From the NCBI GenBank assembly GCA_016794505.1, contig JAEUJZ010000074.1, positions 49,061 to 113,060 of the forward strand: 64,000 nucleotides of DNA. The letters are read 5' to 3'. Shown here in pieces: positions 9,511 through 17,356 of this stretch (within the stretch, counting starts at the first letter, position 1; each line of letters starts with the position of its first letter). The notes beneath the pieces were generated by a model. It saw only the letters and a list, made by a program, of their open reading frames with translations, did not search any database and was not told the DNA's origin. The DNA comes from Myxococcales bacterium. Lineage in GTDB: Bacteria; Myxococcota_A; Polyangia; Palsa-1104; JAEUJZ01. The translations under genes and the position numbers were made by a program.

Positions 9511-10521
9511 ATGGCACGGTGTGGAAATTGTGGGCGAGCCAATCGAGACGGAGCGCTCTTCTGTCAGGACTGCGGCAAGTCGCTCGACGGGCGGCTCGTC
9601 GGGGCCTCTGAAGCCAGCGTTGCGCGCGAAGTCCATTATGACGATCGCCCTGCGGCGCCTGCGGTTGCGGGGGGACAAGCGGTGTCTCCGCCGCGCGTGG
9701 CGTGCTCGGTCTGTGGCGAGCCCACGCCTGCAGGCTTTGCGTTCTGCCAGCACTGCGGTGCGCGCGTGAGCCCCGCCTCTGAGCCGTCGGCGGCCATCCC
9801 TGCCGCCCGCGTACCCATCTTCGCGCCTGCCGAGCCGCTGCCCGCCCCTCGCCGAGATGCCCGCCCGCAGATCTTGCGTGGCCGCCTGATCGTGCTGCGA
9901 CGCGATGGCTCTGACGGCGAAGCCGTGCCGCTAAGCGGCGACCTGTTCGACATCGGCCGCACCGAAGGCCAGCGAACGTTCCCCGACGATCTGTGCATGG
10001 CGACACGACACGCGCGACTGACTGCCACGTCGGGTGGTGCGATCGTGCGCTCGCTCGACTCGGTGAATGGCGTGTTCCTGCAGCTTCACGAGCCTTGGGA
10101 TCTGCAGTCTGGGGACGTCTTTTACGTCGGTCGCGAGCTGCTTCGCTTTGAGCTTGTGCCTGCCGATGAGCGCGATCCAGCCCCCGTGGCAGAGCACGGC
10201 GTGCGCCTGTTCGGCACGCTGCAGCGCGAGTCCTGGGGTCGCCTGCGCCAGCTAACCGTCGCAGGCACCGCGCGCGATGTCTTTCACCTTTCTCGCAGTG
10301 AAGTACGCATCGGGCGAGAGGAAGGCGACATCGTCTTCCCCGATGATGAGTTCATGTCGAGACGCCACGCCGTGCTGACCCGCCATGGCAGCCGCGCTCG
10401 ACTGGAAGATCAGCATTCTTCAAACGGGACCTATGTTCGTCTGCGCGGCGAACGCGAGCTGAAGTCAGGAGACATCCTGCGCATCGGCGATCAGGTCTTG
10501 CGGTTCGAGGGGCTCGCGTAA
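9511..10521 (+). CDS. Double zinc-ribbon / double FHA-domain signalling protein
   Basis: Two zinc-ribbon motifs are present (CGNCGRANRDGALFCQDCG and CSVCGEPTPAGFAFCQHCG). Two FHA domains follow (GRTEGQRTFPDD...SVNGVFL and IGREEGDIVFPDDEFMSRRHAVL...SSNGTYV). The start is set at MARCGNCG (9511). Confidence 0.75.
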   Translation: MARCGNCGRANRDGALFCQDCGKSLDGRLVGASEASVAREVHYDDRPAAPAVAGGQAVSPPRVACSVCGEPTPAGFAFCQHCGARVSPASEPSAAIPAARVPIFAPAEPLPAPRRDARPQILRGRLIVLRRDGSDGEAVPLSGDLFDIGRTEGQRTFPDDLCMATRHARLTATSGGAIVRSLDSVNGVFLQLHEPWDLQSGDVFYVGRELLRFELVPADERDPAPVAEHGVRLFGTLQRESWGRLRQLTVAGTARDVFHLSRSEVRIGREEGDIVFPDDEFMSRRHAVLTRHGSRARLEDQHSSNGTYVRLRGERELKSGDILRIGDQVLRFEGLA

Positions 10522-10545
10522 GCGCGCAGAGAGTAACGGTAACGG

Positions 10546-12681
10546 ATGACACCCCCAAGCCCAGCCATCACCGTCCGCATCGTCGGCGCGACCGATGTCG
10601 GGCTGATTCGCGAGCACAACGAGGACAACTTCACCGTCCTCAACCTTGAAACCGGCGAAATCGACTTCTCGCAAGGCCGAGAGCTGCCGCTGTCTAGTCA
10701 GGGCGCTCTTCTCGTGGTCTGCGATGGCATGGGCGGCGCCGCGGCTGGCGAAGTGGCCTCGCACATGGCCGTCGAGGTCATCCGTCGCGAACTAGGCCCC
10801 AAGCTGGCCTTGGATGCGCCCCCAAGTCCTACCGCAGGCGGGAACAGCGCGTCCCCAGCCAGTGATGCGCCGAGCAGCGCCGACAAGTCCACCGGCCTCA
10901 AGGATGGCGAAAAGACGGGCGATGGCTTGAACCCAGTGTCTGCTGCGCCCGCTGAAAAAGAGGCAGCACCCGCTGAGGCTGAGACGGCAGAAAAGGCCGA
11001 AAGTCCGCCGAAAGCCGCCGAGTCAAAGGACGTACCGACCAGCGAGGCCCCGCCGCTGGCTGCAGAAAAAAATACCGCCGCGGACCCGGCCCGCGCCGAA
11101 GGCCCGCAGAGTCGCCCGCCAGCGGAGGCAGCGCCAGCGACTAGCGCAGCCGCGATGGCGACGGGAACCAGCCCGGCCCCGTCTGAGCTCAGCGGCCCCC
11201 TGAGCGAAGCCCAGCTACACGGCTTGGCCCGCAAGCTACGGCAAGCGGGTCAGCGCGCAAACCAAGAGATCTATGAGGCCGCCTGCGCCGACATCAGCAA
11301 GGCCGGCATGGGCACGACGCTGACCTGTCTTTTGCTCTTGCGCTCGCACGTCATCGTGGGCCAAGTCGGCGACAGTCGGGCGTATCTTTGGCGCAAAGGC
11401 CGACTGACGCAGATCACGCACGATCAGTCGCTGGTCAATCAGCTTCTTGAGAGCGGTCAAATCACGCCCGAGCAGGCCAAGCTCTTCGAACACTCGAACG
11501 TCATCTTGCAAGCGCTTGGCGTGCAGGAAGATGTCGAAGTCGTGCTGTCCACCGAGACCGTGCGGCGTGGCGACCGTCTGATGCTGTGTTCTGACGGCTT
11601 GGTCGGCGTCGTCAGCGATGAAGAGATCCAAGAAGTCCTGACGCAGTGCGAGCACATCGACGAAGCCGTACGCCGCTTGATCGAGTTGGCTCGGGCCGGG
11701 GGTGGCCCCGACAACATCACAGTCATCGTCGCGCAGGTCGATGGCGATGGGGCGCCGGCTGCGGCCGAGACCGAGCTTGCTGAGTATCGCGTGTTGTATC
11801 TCGATGGCGAAAAGCCGCCCGAGCGACGCATGTGGGGCTCGGAATATGCGTTCATGGCCCAGACATCGGGGGCGCGCGATGTCGTGGGCAGCGCAGCGAC
11901 GGCGCAGCCGATCTCGTCGCGCCTGTCGATCATCTCGATGGCCGCAGTATTCGCGCTGCTGATTCTGGGTGTGCTGGGCGGCCTATTGTATCAGCCTCGA
12001 CGCCCGGTCACGCCGGGTAGCAACGGCATCGGCCCAGCGCCAAGCCCGCAGCCCGCCTTGCCGCCCCCTGTGGTTCCATCGCCGCCGCTGCCGCCGACTG
12101 GGCCAAGCACGGCCGTAGCGACCAGCAGCAGCCCGGATGCCGGGGTTGGCGTGGCGGCCGCAGCGCTCGACGCAGCGGCTGTGCAGCCAACCAGCGCGGC
12201 GAGTGTCGATGCCGGATCGCAGGATGCATCGGCAGCCCTTGCGCACGAGGCGGGGGAAGAAGACGCCCGTCCCAGCGATACCCCCGAAGCAGAAAAAGCC
12301 ACCAAGCCCGGTAAGAAGAAAAATAGACCGCCAAAGAAGAAGGTCGCGGACGAACCGACCGAAGCTCCTGCTGCCACGGGCCCGGCCACCGCTCCCTCCG
12401 AAGTAACGCCTGCGCTTGCGCCTGCTTCAGCACCGACCACTCCGCCGACGACCGGAACAACGGGAGCGACCGGAGCAACGGGAGCGACCGGAGCAACGGG
12501 AGCGACCGGAGCGACCGGAGCGAGCGACAAACAAGCCGCGGAGAAACCGGGAACCGAAAAGACACCACCGCCTGCGACAGACAAGCCGGCGGTTGAGAAA
12601 CCAGCGGTTGAAAAGCCCACGCCTGAAAAGCCCGCGCCTGAAAAGCCCGCAACAAGCCCACCGCCCGCTTCGGTTCCCTAA
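10546..12681 (+). CDS. PP2C-family Ser/Thr phosphatase with a long low-complexity insert, a transmembrane segment and a Pro/Ala/Thr-rich repeat tail
   Basis: PP2C motifs are present (VGLIREHNEDNF, LLVVCDGMGGAAAGEVAS, GGPDNITVIVAQV). After the catalytic domain comes a hydrophobic helix (LSIISMAAVFALLILGVLGGLL). The tail carries proline-rich PPVVPSPPLPPTGP, TGATGATGATGATGATGATGA and EKPAVEKPAVEKPTPEKPAPEKPAT repeats. Confidence 0.8.
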   Translation: MTPPSPAITVRIVGATDVGLIREHNEDNFTVLNLETGEIDFSQGRELPLSSQGALLVVCDGMGGAAAGEVASHMAVEVIRRELGPKLALDAPPSPTAGGNSASPASDAPSSADKSTGLKDGEKTGDGLNPVSAAPAEKEAAPAEAETAEKAESPPKAAESKDVPTSEAPPLAAEKNTAADPARAEGPQSRPPAEAAPATSAAAMATGTSPAPSELSGPLSEAQLHGLARKLRQAGQRANQEIYEAACADISKAGMGTTLTCLLLLRSHVIVGQVGDSRAYLWRKGRLTQITHDQSLVNQLLESGQITPEQAKLFEHSNVILQALGVQEDVEVVLSTETVRRGDRLMLCSDGLVGVVSDEEIQEVLTQCEHIDEAVRRLIELARAGGGPDNITVIVAQVDGDGAPAAAETELAEYRVLYLDGEKPPERRMWGSEYAFMAQTSGARDVVGSAATAQPISSRLSIISMAAVFALLILGVLGGLLYQPRRPVTPGSNGIGPAPSPQPALPPPVVPSPPLPPTGPSTAVATSSSPDAGVGVAAAALDAAAVQPTSAASVDAGSQDASAALAHEAGEEDARPSDTPEAEKATKPGKKKNRPPKKKVADEPTEAPAATGPATAPSEVTPALAPASAPTTPPTTGTTGATGATGATGATGATGATGASDKQAAEKPGTEKTPPPATDKPAVEKPAVEKPTPEKPAPEKPATSPPPASVP
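12451..12528 (+). repeat. In-frame coding tandem repeat (about 18-bp unit, ggagcgaccggagcaacg and variants) encoding (TGA)n within the PP2C phosphatase tail
   Basis: The repeat is read directly from the sequence. It is followed by AVEKPAVEKP and PEKPAPEKP peptide repeats at about 12586-12650. Confidence 0.8.
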
Positions 12682-12775
12682 CGCGAGGGGCCTGAGCTTG
12701 CTTCAGCTACAGGCCCTTGCTGCCGGAATCCCGACGTCCCGTGCCGATTCTGTATGCGATTCTTGGGAGTATCCA

Positions 12776-12866
12776 CAGACATTCCCGAGACATTCCTAAT
12801 AGATCCCTACAATATTCCCAATACACCCCTGCGATATTCCTAATATACTCCTAATATATTCCTAAG
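12776..12866. promoter_or_regulatory. AT-rich island with about 6 direct repeats of A(T/C)ATTCC(T/C)AAT upstream of the FGE-lipoprotein gene
   Basis: The motifs acattcccgag, acattcctaatag, atattcccaatac, atattcctaatat, atactcctaatat and atattcctaag are spaced about 11-14 bp apart. The island is strongly AT-rich relative to its surroundings. An RBS (GGAAGATAGAGGatacATG) follows. Confidence 0.4.
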
Positions 12867-12904
12867 CTTATCATCACAGAACAAGCAAGGAAGATAGAGG
12901 ATAC

Positions 12905-13822
12905 ATGCGTTCGTTCCTTTTGGGGCTCTGTCTATTGGGGATGCTGGCATGTGGTGACAGCGACACGGAAAGCCCAGCCTGCACCAGTGACGAAAGCTGT
13001 CTTTCGGGCGATGCCGTGCGCTGCGAAGCGGGGATGTGCAAAAAGCCGATCTGCCCCAGCGGTGCGCGCTATGTCCCAGGTGGGCGTTATCGTCGTGGCT
13101 GCGCCGCGATGTCCGAAGACTGCGAGCCCAGCGCCCAGCCCCTGCATGTGGTCACGATCAGCAACGGCTTCTGCCTGGCTGAAACGGAGACAACGGTGGC
13201 TGAATACCGTCGCTGTTTGGCACGTGGTAGCTGCCCGGCTCCTCCGGCTCCTGAGACGCTGCAGAGCCTGCGCTGTTCGCCGGATCGCGCGACTTGGACC
13301 GTGGATGCGCAGGGTGATGAGACGCTGCCGATGAGCTGCCTTTTGTGGTCCGAAGCCGCCGCCTTCTGCGCCGCCGCTGGGGGTCGCTTGCCCACGGAAG
13401 CCGAGTGGGAAAGAGCCGCTCGCGGTCGAGATGAGCGACCGTTTCCATGGGGACGCATTGCGGCCGTCAGCTGCGATCAAGGCGCGAACTTCGCAGGCCT
13501 GGGTTGCAGCGAGCTTCCTTGGCCAGCCACAACCAGCGATCGCGACGGCTCGATGCAGCGTGGCGCTTTTGGCCAGCTTGATCTCGGCGGCAACCTGTCC
13601 GAGTGGGTGGCGGACTTCTTCGATGCCACGGCGTATGCCCGCTGTGGCTCGGCCTGCACCGATCCCAGCGGCCCCCCCCAAGGCGAGGTCCGCGTGCGCC
13701 GCGGCGGCACATTCCTAAGTCCGCTCTCTGAGTTGCGCTCGTTCGCGCGGGAATTTCATCGGCCACAGGGACCCCGATCAGACCTGCTCGGCGTCCGCTG
13801 CGCCTTTGCTGCGGCGCGCTAG
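12905..13822 (+). CDS. Formylglycine-generating-enzyme (FGE-sulfatase/SUMF1) domain lipoprotein
   Basis: The N-terminus has a lipobox (LLGMLACGDS). FGE-sulfatase signatures are present (RVVTISNGFCLAETETTVAEYRRC, LPTEAEWERAARG, GNLSEWVADFF, RVRRGGTF, LGVRCA). Confidence 0.75.
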   Translation: MRSFLLGLCLLGMLACGDSDTESPACTSDESCLSGDAVRCEAGMCKKPICPSGARYVPGGRYRRGCAAMSEDCEPSAQPLHVVTISNGFCLAETETTVAEYRRCLARGSCPAPPAPETLQSLRCSPDRATWTVDAQGDETLPMSCLLWSEAAAFCAAAGGRLPTEAEWERAARGRDERPFPWGRIAAVSCDQGANFAGLGCSELPWPATTSDRDGSMQRGAFGQLDLGGNLSEWVADFFDATAYARCGSACTDPSGPPQGEVRVRRGGTFLSPLSELRSFAREFHRPQGPRSDLLGVRCAFAAAR

Positions 13823-13905
13823 TCTCGACGGAAGCGACGTAGAACTGCCGCCGTCCCCCGCGATATGATGAGGATGAATATTCATCCACAGTCCTCGGGG
13901 GAACC

Positions 13906-15246
13906 ATGTCACGTCTCGCTCTTACGCTTCGCTTTGGTGTAGCGCTTGTTGCACTCCTCACTCTGCCTTGGCTGGGCCGAGCACACGCCGGCCCATGTCC
14001 AAACTTGGCAATCATCGTCGACCGCTCGGGCTCGATGCTCGACAACGTGGCGGGCATGCCGCCGATGGCTGGCGAGCTATCGCGCTGGCAGATCGCCAAG
14101 AACGCCATCACCACCCTCGTCTCGCAGTACGACGGCAAGCTGCCGATCGGCATCTCATACTTCCCGCGGGCCGGCAGTAGCTGCGGCACCAGCAGCTTCA
14201 GCGTGAACCCTGGCTATGGCACCAGGCAATCGATCTTGCAGTCTCTCGACAACCCGCAAGTGATCCCGGTTACGACGGCCCTGACCCCAACGTGCGGAGC
14301 CATCGATGCCGTAGCAGCCGATCCAGCCATGAAGGATGCCGGCCGCGGCCAGTACATCTTGTTGGTGACAGATGGAGCACCGCGCTGCACGAACTCAGTC
14401 AACTGCACCTGCGATGCCTGCAACTCGCTGGGCGCGGTGTTCGCAACCATCGAGTCTGTGCGCTTGGCCAAGATGCAGTCACCCAGCATCCACACGTTTG
14501 TCGTCGGCTTCGGCGGCAGCTTGGGCACGACGGAAAAGCAGAACCTAAATGACATGGCCAAAGAAGGCGGCGAACCCAACCCCGATCCCGCTTATGACTA
14601 CTATCCCGCCGAGACCGAGGCGGCGCTGCTGATGCAGCTCGATCGCATCATCCGTTCGATCACAGGTGGAGGCGACGCGGGTCCAGGCAGCGTTCTGTGC
14701 GACGACTCCTGCTATACGAATGGCTGCCCTGAAGGCCAGGTGTGCGTACAGGCGACGTGCCGGGGCAATCCCTGTGACAGCCAGACCTGCAGCAACGGCG
14801 AGTACTGCTATTCCGACGGCGTGACTGCATCCTGCGTCGCCCCTTGCACCGTCAGCTGCAGCGCCGGCAGTCGCTGCGTCCGCGGTACGTGTGTGGCCGA
14901 CCCCTGCGGCACGCCGTGCGCGTCCAGCCGAACGTGCGACCCGGCCACCAAGCAGTGCCAGCTGGATCCAGCATGTAGCGGCATCACCTGCAAGGCCGCG
15001 CAGTCTTGTCAGGCCGGCAAGTGCATCGATGATCCCTGCCTGTATACCCGCTGCCCGCAGGGCACTGCGTGCGTTCAATTTGAAGGCACGTGTCTGGCCG
15101 TGACCGACGGCACAATTTCGCGCGGTTGCAGCTGTCAGCTACACGGAGAGCCCACGCATAGCGCATGGGCCGCCCTGCTCGCACCGCTGCTGCTGCTCAG
15201 CGCAGCCCTGTATCGCCGCCGCCGCACATCTTCCCTGCTCTCCTAG
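13906..15246 (+). CDS. Secreted von Willebrand factor A domain protein with Cys-rich repeats and a MYXO-CTERM-type C-terminal sorting signal
   Basis: A signal peptide is followed by a vWA core with a MIDAS-like DRSGSM motif. About 8 Cys-rich CxxGxxC repeats follow. The C-terminus reads GCSCQLHG..AWAALLAPLLLLSAALYRRRRTS, which is the pattern of the MYXO-CTERM protein-sorting domain. Confidence 0.75.
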   Translation: MSRLALTLRFGVALVALLTLPWLGRAHAGPCPNLAIIVDRSGSMLDNVAGMPPMAGELSRWQIAKNAITTLVSQYDGKLPIGISYFPRAGSSCGTSSFSVNPGYGTRQSILQSLDNPQVIPVTTALTPTCGAIDAVAADPAMKDAGRGQYILLVTDGAPRCTNSVNCTCDACNSLGAVFATIESVRLAKMQSPSIHTFVVGFGGSLGTTEKQNLNDMAKEGGEPNPDPAYDYYPAETEAALLMQLDRIIRSITGGGDAGPGSVLCDDSCYTNGCPEGQVCVQATCRGNPCDSQTCSNGEYCYSDGVTASCVAPCTVSCSAGSRCVRGTCVADPCGTPCASSRTCDPATKQCQLDPACSGITCKAAQSCQAGKCIDDPCLYTRCPQGTACVQFEGTCLAVTDGTISRGCSCQLHGEPTHSAWAALLAPLLLLSAALYRRRRTSSLLS

Positions 15247-15439
15247 CCTCGCTTCCCCGCAAACTTGGCGCTGGACGCGCCATTGCCCGCAGATTCTGTG
15301 CGCTTGGGACGGACTCACTCCGCCATCGAACACTCTCTGACAGAGTGATACGATGACAAAGAGAGACAGGTGTCTTGCGGCTGCCGGCCGGCCCCCAGGA
15401 TGGACCTGTCGCCAACCCCCTGCACTTAGGAGAACTGCC

Positions 15440-17215
15440 ATGTTGCGCAAGACGCTTATCGGCCTTGGCCTTGGAATGAGCGCGCTCGTCGGGGTGTCCT
15501 GCAATTCCGTCATCACGTCGGGAGAAGGAACGTGCCCGCCAGAGCAAACAAACTGCGACCCTCAAAACCCCGGTGGCATGACGCCCACCGAGATGACAAC
15601 CGGCGTCGGTCCAGGCGGCGGCGGTGGCGGCGGTGGCACCGTTCCCTTTGATCCCAAGGGGGACGGGAGCATCGGTGTCTCTGTCGATCCCAATGGCAAC
15701 ATCATCCTGGACCCAACGGCCGGCACCAGCACGCAGTCCTCGGTGATCTGGGTTGCCAACAGCGGCGACGGCACGGTGTCCAAGATCGACACGCGCACGC
15801 GCAAGCAGCTGGCTCGCTATAAGACCTTGCCGGGCACCGTCAACTCGGACCCATCCCGCACCACGGTCAGCTTGGGCGGCGACGTGGCAGTCGCCAACCG
15901 CTCGTGGACCAACGGCGCCGACGGAAACAATGGCTCGGTGATCAAGATCGCCGGGGATAAGGGCAACTGCGTCGATCGCAACGGCAACGGCCGCATCGAC
16001 ACGTACGAAGGCGAGGCAACGACGATCCCGGCTCCGTTCAACACCTGGACCAATGGCCAGCCTAGCCCCGACGAGTGCGTGCTGTGGCTGACCATGACCA
16101 ACACAAACTCCGCCGGCACCGTCATGATGACGCGGCCGCGCGCCGCCGGTTGGGACGGTGAGATCACAGACACGAGCCTGAGCCAATATCTATATGTTGG
16201 TCTGTTCGACACCAGCGAAGTGCTGCGCCTGGATGGGGCCACGGGCAGGATCGTCAAGCGCATCAACGTCGCGCCGACGCAGCCCTATGGCTTGGCCCTC
16301 GACAAGAACGGTAACGTCTGGGTCATGGGCCGCGAGAGCAACACCGGCACTCTGGCCAAGATCGAGGTCAAAAACCCCACACAGCCAGACCTGGTGAAGC
16401 GCTACACGCCGGCTGCTGGCTGCAACTATGGCATCACGGTCGACCCACGCGGCTTGGTCTATCACGCGTTCAACTCGTGCCTGGCACGCTTCGATCCGGT
16501 AGCCGAAAAGTATGAGTACCTGACGGTGCCGGGCTCGAATCAGCTGCGCGGCCTGGGCATCGACAACAAGTACAACCTGTGGGTCGCAGACAGCAACGTC
16601 GGCGTCCACCACGTCGATGTCAGCGCCCTGCCGCCGGCCACCGGTACCTCGATGGTGCATCGCCAATCGATCGCGACGGCGGGCACCAATGCCGGCGTTG
16701 GCATCGACTTCGACAACAAGACCTGGGTGGTCTCGTACAACGGCAATAGCTCGCACGCATACCAGATCAATCCGGGTGCGCAGGCTGGCCAAGCCACGCT
16801 TGAGTTCACGTACAACAGCGCGAACACTGGCGCGCTGAACAACTCCTATATGTACTCGGACATGACGGGGTATCAGCTGCGCAACGCCTCGCGCGCGGGG
16901 ACGTTCCGCACGACGTTCCAGGGTTGCCCGAATGGCAACACGACGTGGACCAACTTGAACTACAGCGTGTCGGCTCCGCGTGGCACCAAGGTGTCGATCC
17001 GCTACCGTGGCGCTGCCACGACCGCCGAGCTAACCAACTCGCCGTGGACGACGGCCTCTGGCACCTCACCCGTACCGATCAGCGTCACCGTCCCGATGGG
17101 CCAGACGCCGCGCTATCTGCAGGTTGAAGTCACGATGACCTCTGTCGATGCCAGCCTGACGCCGGTCCTTTCGGGTCTGTCCGCGGGTTACACCTGCATG
17201 CAGATCATTGGCTAG
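15440..17215 (+). CDS. Lipoprotein with a Gly-rich linker and YVTN/NHL-like beta-propeller repeats
   Basis: An RBS (AGGAGAActgccATG) precedes the start. The N-terminus has a lipobox (LVGVSCNS). A poly-Gly stretch (GGGGGGGG) is followed by repeated propeller-like units (VANSGDGTVSKID, VAVANRSW, LDKNGNVWVMG, IDNKYNLWVADSN). Confidence 0.6.
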   Translation: MLRKTLIGLGLGMSALVGVSCNSVITSGEGTCPPEQTNCDPQNPGGMTPTEMTTGVGPGGGGGGGGTVPFDPKGDGSIGVSVDPNGNIILDPTAGTSTQSSVIWVANSGDGTVSKIDTRTRKQLARYKTLPGTVNSDPSRTTVSLGGDVAVANRSWTNGADGNNGSVIKIAGDKGNCVDRNGNGRIDTYEGEATTIPAPFNTWTNGQPSPDECVLWLTMTNTNSAGTVMMTRPRAAGWDGEITDTSLSQYLYVGLFDTSEVLRLDGATGRIVKRINVAPTQPYGLALDKNGNVWVMGRESNTGTLAKIEVKNPTQPDLVKRYTPAAGCNYGITVDPRGLVYHAFNSCLARFDPVAEKYEYLTVPGSNQLRGLGIDNKYNLWVADSNVGVHHVDVSALPPATGTSMVHRQSIATAGTNAGVGIDFDNKTWVVSYNGNSSHAYQINPGAQAGQATLEFTYNSANTGALNNSYMYSDMTGYQLRNASRAGTFRTTFQGCPNGNTTWTNLNYSVSAPRGTKVSIRYRGAATTAELTNSPWTTASGTSPVPISVTVPMGQTPRYLQVEVTMTSVDASLTPVLSGLSAGYTCMQIIG

Positions 17216-17356
17216 TCACCTCGCCCAGGCGCCGCTCTCTCGGCGCCGACAGCTCCCGCCACAGTGGCCTTGCTCCAGCCTGCCCACGTCGCAGAGCGCG
17301 ACGTGTCGGCCAGGGGCATCTGCATGGGCCAGCCCTGGGCAGACCGCTCTGCGCGC

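Noticed and set aside
10698-12661. Several minus-strand ORFs (178, 139, 158, 209 and 217 aa) across the PP2C phosphatase gene
   Set aside because: These are mirror images of the Ala/Pro-rich repeat region. They give repetitive translations such as PVAPVAPVAPV and LRSLPLLRSLPLL that only reflect the tandem DNA repeats.
12932-16186. Antisense ORFs across the FGE, vWA and propeller genes (12932..13681, 13467..14189, 14545..15078, 15197..16186)
   Set aside because: They have no start context or domain content, and the sense frames are strongly supported.
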